DNA of 64,000 bases, from assembly GCA_965215335.1 (NCBI GenBank), contig CBDCDA010000001.1, positions 1,408,001-1,472,000 on the forward strand. The letters run 5' to 3'. The translations under genes and the position numbers were made by a program. The notes below the pieces were generated by a model. The model worked only from the letters and a program-made list of their open reading frames with translations, searched no databases and was not told the origin of the DNA. Shown here piece after piece: positions 55,924 to 64,000 of the stretch. Numbering within the stretch: the first letter of the stretch is position 1; the number at the start of each line of letters is the position of its first letter. The DNA is from an uncultured Candidatus Entotheonella sp. (GTDB lineage Bacteria > Tectomicrobia > Entotheonellia > Entotheonellales > Entotheonellaceae).

Positions 55924-56604
55924 ATGTCGAAATCACGAATCAGATTTACGGGCGTGGATTACGGTCTGCTGATACGTATGGAGTGGGAGGTACCCCTGTC
56001 ACAGCTCCTGGTGGAGGTCGAGGAACACATTCAGAAATCACCCGCCTTTTTTACCGATGCCCAAGTGTTCCTTGAGGTGGACACGCGGCCGGTTCTGCAG
56101 CACGAAATGGAACAACTCGGTGTGGTGCTATCGCGCCACGGGCTGACCCTGCAGGGCGTCGTTTCTGCTGCCAGCAGGGTTGAGGGGATCAGTCGGCCTC
56201 AGTCCATGCCGGAACCACCCAAGGTAGTCACGCCGATCATCAGCGAGCGAGAGGCCTTGGTGGTTGAACACCACACCTTGCGTTCCGGCGAAAAGGTTGC
56301 CTCCGAGGGCCATCTCGTCATCATAGGCGATGTAAACCCCGGGGCCGAGGTCATCGCCGAAAATAACATTATTGTTTGGGGTTCCCTCAAAGGCGCGGCC
56401 TACGCCGGCGTGCCCAATCATGAGAACGCTGTGATTGCCGCGCTGCACCTCACTCCCATTCAATTACGAATTGCCGGATACATTGCCCGGTCGCCCGATG
56501 CGCGGCCGGTGACGGCGGCTGTTCCCGAGTTGGCGCGCATCGACCAGAACGAGATTGTGGTCGAATCATGGGAGCGCGGGCGGGTCTCCGTAAAAAGGGG
56601 ATAG
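55924..56604 (+). CDS. minC: Septum site-determining protein MinC
   Basis: TLRSG, GDVNPGAEVIA, VWGSL.G...AG, P.QLRIA; followed by minD. Confidence 0.9.
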   Translation: MSKSRIRFTGVDYGLLIRMEWEVPLSQLLVEVEEHIQKSPAFFTDAQVFLEVDTRPVLQHEMEQLGVVLSRHGLTLQGVVSAASRVEGISRPQSMPEPPKVVTPIISEREALVVEHHTLRSGEKVASEGHLVIIGDVNPGAEVIAENNIIVWGSLKGAAYAGVPNHENAVIAALHLTPIQLRIAGYIARSPDARPVTAAVPELARIDQNEIVVESWERGRVSVKRG

Positions 56605-56607
56605 GCT

Positions 56608-57405
56608 GTGGCTGGACGAGTTGTCACCATAACTTCCGGCAAAGGGGGGGTTGGCAAAACCACTCTGACTGCCAACGTCAGCGCAGCGCTTGCAGAACTC
56701 GGCAAAAAGACGATTGCGGTGGATACGGATGTGGGACTGCGCAACCTGGACATCGTCATGGGGCTGGAAAATCGTATCGTCTTCGATCTGGTCGACGTAG
56801 TGGAGGGGCGCTGCGACCTTTCCAAGGCCTGCATCCGCGACAGACGCATCCCCTCGCTGCAGTTGCTGCCGGCAGCCCAAACGCGTGACAAGAGTGCGGT
56901 AAGCCCGGACGCCATGCGCAAGGTTTGCGACGATCTGCGGTCACTTTGTGACTTTGTCATCATTGACTCACCGGCAGGTATTGAAGGCGGCTTCGAAACA
57001 GCCACTACCGGTGCCGACAACGTCATCATCGTCGTGACGCCGCACGTCTCATCGGTCCGCGATGCCGACCGCGTCATCGGATTGCTGGAGGCGCGCGACA
57101 AACAAGATATTCAACTCGTGATCAACCGCCTGCAGCCGGAGATGGTGCGCCGTGGCGACATGCTCGGCATCAACGACGTAATGGAAATCCTGGCAGTCGA
57201 TCTCTTGGGCATCGTGCCTGAGGACGAATACATCGTTGTGTCCAGCAACCGTGGTGAGTTGGCCACCCTGAACCCTGCCGACTCGCCAGCCGGGCAGGAG
57301 TATCAAAATATTGCACGGCGCATACAGGGTGAGGAGGTGCCGTTCATGACAATAGACGACAAGTCAAATGTGTTTCGACGGCTATTTCGTATGTTCAAAA
57401 AATAA
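56608..57405 (+). CDS. minD: Septum site-determining ATPase MinD
   Basis: TSGKGGVGKTT, D.GLRNLD..MGLENRIV, DSPAGIE, RDADR, C-terminal amphipathic helix FRRLFRMF. Confidence 0.96.
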   Translation: MAGRVVTITSGKGGVGKTTLTANVSAALAELGKKTIAVDTDVGLRNLDIVMGLENRIVFDLVDVVEGRCDLSKACIRDRRIPSLQLLPAAQTRDKSAVSPDAMRKVCDDLRSLCDFVIIDSPAGIEGGFETATTGADNVIIVVTPHVSSVRDADRVIGLLEARDKQDIQLVINRLQPEMVRRGDMLGINDVMEILAVDLLGIVPEDEYIVVSSNRGELATLNPADSPAGQEYQNIARRIQGEEVPFMTIDDKSNVFRRLFRMFKK

Positions 57406-57444
57406 ATAACCCGTCACCCGGACACCTCCTGCGAAGGAGCCCCC

Positions 57445-57792
57445 GTGAAGAAACTCATCAGCAAGATATTCGGGTTCGATCTGTCGGAGGACGATGCTTC
57501 CTACACGAGCAAACAGGCCGCCCGAGAGCGCTTGAAACTGGCATTGACTTATGATCGTGCAAGCATCGGATACAACGCCCTCGAGCAACTACGCGACGAA
57601 ATCGTCCAGGTGATTGCCAAACACCTAGAGCTCGATCAGGAAGATATCACCATCCAACTCGACCGCACCATGGATCAGGACAAGCTGATCGCCAGCATTC
57701 CACTTCGTATCAACACACGGTCCCACGATTCGAATCCGCCCGCCACCATGAAAGCCATGCCGTCCCCTGCCGTGCGGCGTCGCCGGCGTTGA
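57445..57792 (+). CDS. minE: Cell division topological specificity factor MinE
   Basis: SKQAARERLKLAL..DR, LRDEI..VI.KH, L.ASIP. Confidence 0.9.
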   Translation: MKKLISKIFGFDLSEDDASYTSKQAARERLKLALTYDRASIGYNALEQLRDEIVQVIAKHLELDQEDITIQLDRTMDQDKLIASIPLRINTRSHDSNPPATMKAMPSPAVRRRRR

Positions 57793-57826
57793 GACCGACC
57801 CGTCGAAATAATTTCAGCCACCGCTA

Positions 57827-57855
57827 TTGACACATGCCAATATGGGCAGTATGCT
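57827..57855 (+). promoter_or_regulatory. Sigma70-like promoter of lexA with palindrome in the spacer
   Basis: TTGACA-N17-TATGCT; the spacer contains TGCCAATATGGGCA (57835-57848). Confidence 0.6.
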
Positions 57856-57955
57856 CATCTGTGCATTGTCTGTCTGATAGGCAGGCATGCCGGTGCGGCA
57901 TACGGGAAGGGTGAACGTCCCCAATCCCTCGGCAATGTCAACATCGGGGCGGATT

Positions 57956-58582
57956 ATGAGACCAAAGCTCACCGCGAGACAGCAGGAAATGCTCGATTAC
58001 ATCGAGCGAGAAACCCGTTCAACCGGTGTTCCCCCCAGTATCCGGCAGATCGGTACCGCCTTGGGCATCAGTTCCACAAACGGCGTCCGACTGCACCTGC
58101 AAGCACTCCAGAAGAAAGGCTACATCCGTCGTAGTCAGCGTACCTCCAGAGGCATCGTCAGCCTCAGCCGCCCTCCGCACGCGGCCTCTCCATTTCGTTC
58201 GACAACCGTCGACGTCCCCATTTTGGGGCGAGTAGCGGCGGGCACGCCCGTCATGGCCGCGGAAAACCACGAGGGTTCTCTAACCCTCGACGCAAGCCTG
58301 ATCAAGAACCAGGAATCGTTCGCCCTGAGGGTGAATGGCGACAGCATGATCAACGCCGGAATTCTCGACGGCGACATTGTGGTGGTGCGTTTACAACAGG
58401 GTGCGAACAACGGCGACATTGTGGTTGCACGCATGGACGACGAGGCCACCGTCAAGCGTTTTTTTCGGGAGAAGGACAAAATTCGTCTGCAGCCGGAAAA
58501 CCCAACCATGACGCCTATCTACGGCACCGACGTGGAAATCTGCGGCAAGGTCATTGCCCTCGTGCGGCCCCACGTGTTCTGA
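57956..58582 (+). CDS. lexA: Transcriptional repressor LexA
   Basis: LTARQ, PPSIR.I, HL.AL.KKGYI; cleavage site GRVAAG; catalytic GDSM and TVKR. Confidence 0.95.
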   Translation: MRPKLTARQQEMLDYIERETRSTGVPPSIRQIGTALGISSTNGVRLHLQALQKKGYIRRSQRTSRGIVSLSRPPHAASPFRSTTVDVPILGRVAAGTPVMAAENHEGSLTLDASLIKNQESFALRVNGDSMINAGILDGDIVVVRLQQGANNGDIVVARMDDEATVKRFFREKDKIRLQPENPTMTPIYGTDVEICGKVIALVRPHVF

Positions 58583-58597
58583 CGCGAGACCCGGACC

Positions 58598-60073
58598 ATG
58601 ATCAAGAAGAAGCATGCATACACCTGTCAAGCATGCGGTTGGCAAACAGCCAAATGGCTCGGACATTGTCCGGATTGCGGCGGTTGGGATACCTTCGTCG
58701 AAACTCTGCAAATGCCCGCTCAGACGACACGTCAGACACCGTCAGGGGCGATCCAGTCACCGCTGCCGCTAGCGGAAATCGTCCACGATGAGGCAGAACG
58801 TTTGCTGACGAGTATTGGGGAGTTCGACCGCGTGCTCGGTGGGGGTATCGTGCGCGGGTCTCTCGTTCTCATCGGCGGCGACCCGGGCATCGGCAAGTCG
58901 ACCCTGCTGTTGCAAGCCGCCCATGGCCTGAGCCGGATTCACAAGGGCAACGGTCCCGCGGTCCTCTACGTCTCGGGGGAAGAATCGGCCAGTCAACTCC
59001 GCATGCAAGCCGAGCGCCTCGGCCTGCAGAATCAGAACATCCACATTCTTACCGAAACTTCCGTAACGCATATCTGCACTCAGGCTGAAGCGCTGCGACC
59101 GGGCGTCCTCATCATCGACTCAATCCAGACTATGTTCACGGAAGATTCGACCTCGGCGCCGGGCAGTGTCAACCAAGTACGCGAAAGCACCGCCCAACTG
59201 ACGGGTCTCGCCAAAACGCATGATCTACCGGTTTTGATCATTGGACACGTCACCAAAGAGGGCGTCATTGCCGGCCCCCGGGTCATGGAGCACATGGTGG
59301 ACACCGTTCTTTACTTCGAGGGCGAACGGCACCACGTCTATCGCGTGCTGCGGGCGGTCAAGAACCGCTTCGGCCCGACGCACGAAATTGGCGTGTTTGA
59401 AATGCAATCGGCGGGTCTCATGGAAGTGGAAAGTCCGTCGGAACTCTTCCTAGCCGAACGGCCGTCACAGGCCAGCGGTTCGGTGGTAGTGGCAAGTCTG
59501 GAGGGCACCCGTCCGCTCCTCGTCGAACTACAGGCCTTGGGCAGCCCGAACGTCTTCGGCAACCCGCGGCGCGTTGCCAACGGCGTGGATTATCAGCGGC
59601 TCATGCTCCTGCTGGCAGTCATGGAAAAGCGCCTAGGACTGCCCCTGCAGTCGAACGACGTGTACGTCAATGTCGTTGGCGGCCTCAGCCTGAACGAACC
59701 AGCCATCGACCTCGGAGTTGTGGTAGCAGTCGCGTCGAGTTTGCAAGACGTGGCAATCAAGGCCGATCTGGTCATCTTAGGCGAGGTTGGCTTAACGGGA
59801 GAAGTGCGTGCCGTAGGGCACGTGGAGGCCCGCTTGCGGGAAGCGGCCAAGCTCGGGTTTCGCCGCTGCCTGCTCCCGCAGGCGAATGATCAAGCCGCTA
59901 CGATGGTGGCTGGAATTGAAAGCATCGGGATTCGAACGGTCTCGGAGGCATTGCAAATGGTACTGCCGCCGCAGCCATCTATTGGCAGTCCGAAGGAATG
60001 CGATATGCACATGGTTGCTGCGGCATCGTTTCGGAGAAAGGGAGGAAAAACACATGGCAAAACACACGCCTGA
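58598..60073 (+). CDS. radA: DNA repair protein RadA/Sms
   Basis: CQACG...[25 protein letters not shown], Lon-like C-terminal [10 protein letters not shown]. Confidence 0.96.
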   Translation: MIKKKHAYTCQACGWQTAKWLGHCPDCGGWDTFVETLQMPAQTTRQTPSGAIQSPLPLAEIVHDEAERLLTSIGEFDRVLGGGIVRGSLVLIGGDPGIGKSTLLLQAAHGLSRIHKGNGPAVLYVSGEESASQLRMQAERLGLQNQNIHILTETSVTHICTQAEALRPGVLIIDSIQTMFTEDSTSAPGSVNQVRESTAQLTGLAKTHDLPVLIIGHVTKEGVIAGPRVMEHMVDTVLYFEGERHHVYRVLRAVKNRFGPTHEIGVFEMQSAGLMEVESPSELFLAERPSQASGSVVVASLEGTRPLLVELQALGSPNVFGNPRRVANGVDYQRLMLLLAVMEKRLGLPLQSNDVYVNVVGGLSLNEPAIDLGVVVAVASSLQDVAIKADLVILGEVGLTGEVRAVGHVEARLREAAKLGFRRCLLPQANDQAATMVAGIESIGIRTVSEALQMVLPPQPSIGSPKECDMHMVAAASFRRKGGKTHGKTHA

Positions 60074-61169
60074 TCGACAAGACGAGAAACAACGTGTCCT
60101 GAGCCTGGCTTTCAGCCAGATCGAGAAACAGTTCGGCAAGGGCGCCATCATGCGCCTCGGCGAGAGCCAAGCCCTGGATATTCCGGTCATTTCTACCGGT
60201 TCCCTGGCCTTGGACATTGCCTTGGGGGTTGGCGGGCTACCACGCGGCCGCATCGTCGAGATCTACGGCCCCGAAGCCTCTGGCAAGACCACCCTGGCCC
60301 TGCACGTCGTCGCCTCGGCACAGCGCAACGGCGGCGAAGCGGCGTTCATCGACGCCGAACACGCCCTTGATCCCTCCTACGCGCGCAAACTGGGCGTCAA
60401 CACGGACAATTTACTCATCTCACAGCCCGACAGCGGCGAACAGGCATTAGAGATTGCCGACGTCCTCGTGCGCAGCGGGGCTTTGGACGTCGTCGTTGTC
60501 GACTCGGTGGCAGCACTCGTGCCCCAAGCCGAGATCGATGGCGATATGGGCGAACCTCAAATGGGCCTGCAAGCGCGTCTGATGTCGCAGGCGATGCGCA
60601 AACTCACCGGCATCATCCACAAAACGAAAACCTGTGTGATCTTCATCAACCAGATTCGCCAGAAGATCGGCGTTTTCTTTGGCAGCCCGGAGACGACCAC
60701 CGGCGGCAACGCGCTGAAATTCTATGCTTCCGTGCGTCTCGATATTCGCCGCATCGACTCGATCAAATCCGGCCAGGAAGTGCTCGGCAACCGCACTCGG
60801 GTCAAGATCGTCAAGAACAAGGTGGCGCCGCCTTTCCGGCAAGCCGAGTTTGACGTGCTGTACGGCACGGGCATTTGCGCGGTCGGAGAACTGCTCGACT
60901 TGGCGGTGCAGCGCGAGGTGGTTCAGAAAAGCGGGTCTTGGTTCTCCTACGCCGGCGAACGTATCGGTCAGGGCAGAGAGAACGCCAAAATATATCTGGA
61001 GGAACACGCCGATGTGACCGCGGCCATTGAGGCGCTGATTCGTGAAGCCCACAACATTCCGCAAGTGGCGAGCGAAAAACTTGCTGCCGCCGCCGAGGCT
61101 GCCAGTACCGAAGATCTGTATGAGCCTGCTTCCGCGGCAGAGGATGTCGACCGCCTGGAAATCAGTTGA
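60054..61169 (+). CDS. recA: Recombinase RecA
   Basis: [66 protein letters not shown]. Confidence 0.98.
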   Translation: MAKHTPDRQDEKQRVLSLAFSQIEKQFGKGAIMRLGESQALDIPVISTGSLALDIALGVGGLPRGRIVEIYGPEASGKTTLALHVVASAQRNGGEAAFIDAEHALDPSYARKLGVNTDNLLISQPDSGEQALEIADVLVRSGALDVVVVDSVAALVPQAEIDGDMGEPQMGLQARLMSQAMRKLTGIIHKTKTCVIFINQIRQKIGVFFGSPETTTGGNALKFYASVRLDIRRIDSIKSGQEVLGNRTRVKIVKNKVAPPFRQAEFDVLYGTGICAVGELLDLAVQREVVQKSGSWFSYAGERIGQGRENAKIYLEEHADVTAAIEALIREAHNIPQVASEKLAAAAEAASTEDLYEPASAAEDVDRLEIS

Positions 61170-61231
61170 TGTGCCCCCGAGGCGACCGGCAATGGGCAAC
61201 ACGTTAAAACGATCTGACGGGAAGGAACGGC

Positions 61232-61723
61232 ATGGTCGCACGCGAGATGTTCGCCGGTGAGTACGCATGCAAATTGGATGACAAGGGTCGCTTTTCCGTC
61301 CCGACGTCTCTCCGGGAGCCATTCAGTCTTTCGGAAGGCGACGATGCAAAACGGGCAATGCTGGTCAAATCTCAGCACGAACTGTGCCTTTGGCTTCTTC
61401 CCGTGCCGTACTGGCATGCCCTGCTTGAACTCCAACGGCAGCGACTGAGCGAGCGTGAGAGCCGGCTCTTCATGCACCACGTAGTGTACGACGTGGTCGA
61501 GGTCGAAATGGACCGCGCCAATCGTCTTCTGGTGCCTCGCAGGCTGCGAGAGCACATCGGCGCTGGTGACAACGTCGTGCTCGTCGGCATGTACGATCAC
61601 CTGGAAGTGTGGGGTAGTCAGGCATGGTTTTCTCACGTCGCCGCCTTGGAAGAGGAACATGAAATGACCTTGGGCGAGGTGCTCCGCATGCCCAGTCTCA
61701 AGCCAGCCTTCTCAGGTGCATGA
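61232..61723 (+). CDS. mraZ: MraZ-family transcriptional regulator
   Basis: F.GEY...LDDKGR..VP and EMDRANRLLVP repeats, VG..DHLEVW. Confidence 0.85.
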   Translation: MVAREMFAGEYACKLDDKGRFSVPTSLREPFSLSEGDDAKRAMLVKSQHELCLWLLPVPYWHALLELQRQRLSERESRLFMHHVVYDVVEVEMDRANRLLVPRRLREHIGAGDNVVLVGMYDHLEVWGSQAWFSHVAALEEEHEMTLGEVLRMPSLKPAFSGA

Positions 61724-61940
61724 CCCAGTGGAACGAGGTGCGTTGCTGCAACGATTCCAGACCCCGGAACAACCGCTATCAGGGCTTGGTGGCGAGTTCG
61801 ACAGAATTGAGAACGTCTTGAGGGGGTGCCTTGCATGAGAGCAATGTAAGTGCGAGGTGGAAAGCGCATCACGATGCACCTGCAAGCCTTTGACAATCAA
61901 GATTGAGCGAACATCAGGGTGCAGAAAAAGGAAGGCTCGC

Positions 61941-63116
61941 ATGCTTGACTTGGTGGAGGTGAACCAACAAATCACCAAGATGGCCACGGAGGGCCATCTC
62001 GTTGCCGAGGACATGGCCGAACGACTCGCCTTGGCCGTGGAACGTCTGCATCTGGAATCCTCCCGCTGGCAGGAATTCGTTGACAAGCTCTCGATGAGCA
62101 AGACCTCCTGGCTGGTCGCCACCATTCAGGAGCCCCTCAACCGTACGTACGGCTTGCCGCCACGTCCCGAGACGGTGACCGTCGTGGCCGCTGACGGTTC
62201 ACAGATCATGCCGAGCCATCACGAGGTAGTACCGGCTTTTTTGCTCAATGTCGCCACGGTCATCCTGAACTATGGCAACGGCAAGGGAGCAGCGTTCACC
62301 AGCACGCCGAGCCTGTTTTATCGCGACGAGGACCTGTACCTGGATTACGGCGGCGAGCGCGTGCAGGTAACCGGCGACCTGTTGAGCATGCGCCGGACGC
62401 TGATGGAGTTCGGCAGCCTCATCGAACAGGCGGCAGCCGCCCGGAACGGCGGCGACGCCGTTTGCGCGCTCAGCGACGGCAGTCTGATTCTCTGGCAACT
62501 CGAGGGGCGGCCGCCGGATTACCAGGAATCCATGCTGACGGATTATCTGGCATGTCTCGAACGAGGCAACCAGCAAGGCATTCCGGTCATTGGTTATGTC
62601 AGCCGGCCGCGCAGCCGCGACGTTGTAAACGCCTTGCGGGTCGGACTTTGCCCCGAAGATGCCCCGAATTACGATCGCTGCCCATACGAACGGGACGAGC
62701 GACCGCCGTGCGCGCAAATCGAGGGGCTGACGGACCGCCGCCTCTTCGCCAATCTCCTGAAGGCGGGCGAACGCTCCCAGGTCTTTGGCAGCGCCTCCCG
62801 AATCCTCGACAAGTACGGCGCGCACCGCATCGGCTTTTTCTATCTCCATGTGGGGTCGGAAATTGTACGTATCGAACTGCCGCAATGGGTCAGCACGAAC
62901 GCCGCGCTGCTTGATCTGGTCCACGCCGTCGCCTATGATCAGGCTCAGAAAGGCATGGGCTATCCGGTCGCCTTGGCCGAGGCGCACCAGCAGGCCGTGG
63001 TGCGGGGCGCCGAACGCGACCTGTTCTACGATATGGTGACCGCGGTGTTCCGGCAACGCGGTGCACACATGGCCGTTTCACCCAAGAACTTCCGCAAACG
63101 CAGAATGACGGTATAG
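61941..63116 (+). CDS. nurA: NurA-family nuclease
   Basis: VAADGSQI, DGSLI.W, GYVS.P, RIE.P.WV, GYP.AL.EAH.QAV. Confidence 0.88.
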   Translation: MLDLVEVNQQITKMATEGHLVAEDMAERLALAVERLHLESSRWQEFVDKLSMSKTSWLVATIQEPLNRTYGLPPRPETVTVVAADGSQIMPSHHEVVPAFLLNVATVILNYGNGKGAAFTSTPSLFYRDEDLYLDYGGERVQVTGDLLSMRRTLMEFGSLIEQAAAARNGGDAVCALSDGSLILWQLEGRPPDYQESMLTDYLACLERGNQQGIPVIGYVSRPRSRDVVNALRVGLCPEDAPNYDRCPYERDERPPCAQIEGLTDRRLFANLLKAGERSQVFGSASRILDKYGAHRIGFFYLHVGSEIVRIELPQWVSTNAALLDLVHAVAYDQAQKGMGYPVALAEAHQQAVVRGAERDLFYDMVTAVFRQRGAHMAVSPKNFRKRRMTV

Positions 63117-63118
63117 CC

Positions 63119-63694
63119 ATGCAAGACGACGAAATTGGTGAAGTGATCGGCAGCAGCAACACCGAATTCATTGCCGAAAGCGTCTTGCTGCACAATTCTC
63201 CGCCCTTTGGCACCTTCATCAAGGTGCAATCGCGCGAGACGATCTACGCTGCCGTGTTCAACGCCTACACCCACAGCCTGGAACCCAACCGCCTGGCCAT
63301 CGCCTACCACCGCTCGGAGCAGGAACTGCGCGACGAGCAACCACAAATCTTCGAGCTCCTGAAGACAAAATTCGAGGCGGTCATTATCGGGTACGAATCC
63401 GAAGGCGCTGTCCGCTATCATCTGCCGCCACAACCGCCCCGCATTCACAGTTTCGTCTATCCATGCCGCCCCCTGGAAGTCCGCCGCCTGACCTCGCAAT
63501 TCCACTTCCTGCGTTCGCTGATGAACGTCGAGAAAGCCCCGCGGGACGAGTTGATCGCCGCCATCATCCGTACCGCCTACGCGGAGCACAAAGGCGAGCG
63601 GTCGTTCCTGATAAAGGCCGGCAAGGAACTGATCAAGATCATCGGCGACGATTACGAGTTGCTTTCCTCTATCCTACGCAGAATCCAGGATTGA
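63119..63694 (+). CDS. HAS-barrel domain protein
   Basis: IGEVI..S.TEF.AE, PPFG.FIKV, EQPQIFELL.T.F, LPPQPP.IH..V; lies between nurA and herA. Confidence 0.8.
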   Translation: MQDDEIGEVIGSSNTEFIAESVLLHNSPPFGTFIKVQSRETIYAAVFNAYTHSLEPNRLAIAYHRSEQELRDEQPQIFELLKTKFEAVIIGYESEGAVRYHLPPQPPRIHSFVYPCRPLEVRRLTSQFHFLRSLMNVEKAPRDELIAAIIRTAYAEHKGERSFLIKAGKELIKIIGDDYELLSSILRRIQD

Positions 63695-63716
63695 CCACTG
63701 GGTTAAAGGCCAACAA

Positions 63717-64000
63717 ATGGACAACATGCAGAAGGGCAGACGGCGCGTCGGCGTGATCGTCAATGGCTCCCTGATCAACGGTTTGGAGATGAAGCTGGAC
63801 GAATGGTACTCCGTCGAGGACATTCGCGCCGGCCGGTTCGTGGTCATCGAAGGCGAGAAAAGCCGCTTCTTTTGCATGGTCACCGACGTTCGTCTCGATA
63901 CCACCAACCCCCAGGTGCTGGCCGATCCTCCAGACGAGGCGGAGGACCTCATGCGCCAGGTGCTGCATGGCACCACGACCTACGGCACCGTCTGCCTGCG
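63717..64000 (+). CDS. HerA/DUF87 ATPase, N-terminal part (runs off window)
   Basis: Manual translation MDNMQKG...VG.IV.GSL..GLEMKL...VEDIRAGRFVVIEG...FFCMVTDV.L...GTTTYG; follows nurA and the HAS-barrel gene. Confidence 0.75.
   Translation, partial: MDNMQKGRRRVGVIVNGSLINGLEMKLDEWYSVEDIRAGRFVVIEGEKSRFFCMVTDVRLDTTNPQVLADPPDEAEDLMRQVLHGTTTYGTVCL

Noticed and set aside
61724..61940. Possible ncRNA between mraZ and nurA
   Set aside because: No recognisable RNA family motif or strong stem seen by eye; would need a covariance search

Overview
GC-rich bacterial chromosome segment; the taxon cannot be assigned from sequence alone. From left to right: (i) a Tat-exported, Cys-type formate dehydrogenase gene cluster (fdhA, small Tat protein, TorD-like chaperone, fdhD, polyferredoxin). 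It is split by about 6 kb of nested insertions: a low-GC mosaic of small genes with degenerate integron attC-like sites and two toxin-antitoxin modules, an IS630-derived MITE, a tnpB-only element and an IS5 copy. A second, inverted IS5 copy lies at the other end of the cluster. (ii) murD, folP, a MaoC pair, and divergent fbp and class I aldolase genes. (iii) A type II restriction-modification pair and several decayed gene fragments. (iv) A bacillithiol-type cluster (bshA, bshB1, a very divergent short BshC-like protein, a large PIG-L protein). (v) A glycine/betaine-reductase-like operon whose GrdB homologue contains an in-frame TGA (selenocysteine) followed by a SECIS-like hairpin; grdA and grdD are not nearby. 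(vi) Two SDR paralogues around a frameshifted IS481, then an LLM monooxygenase, an amidase and pheST. (vii) An unusual co-oriented run dnaA-minC-minD-minE-lexA-radA-recA-mraZ-nurA-HAS barrel-herA, with no dnaN, no rsmH and no obvious DnaA boxes. No rRNA, tRNA or CRISPR array was seen. All family calls come from motif recognition by eye, not from database searches.
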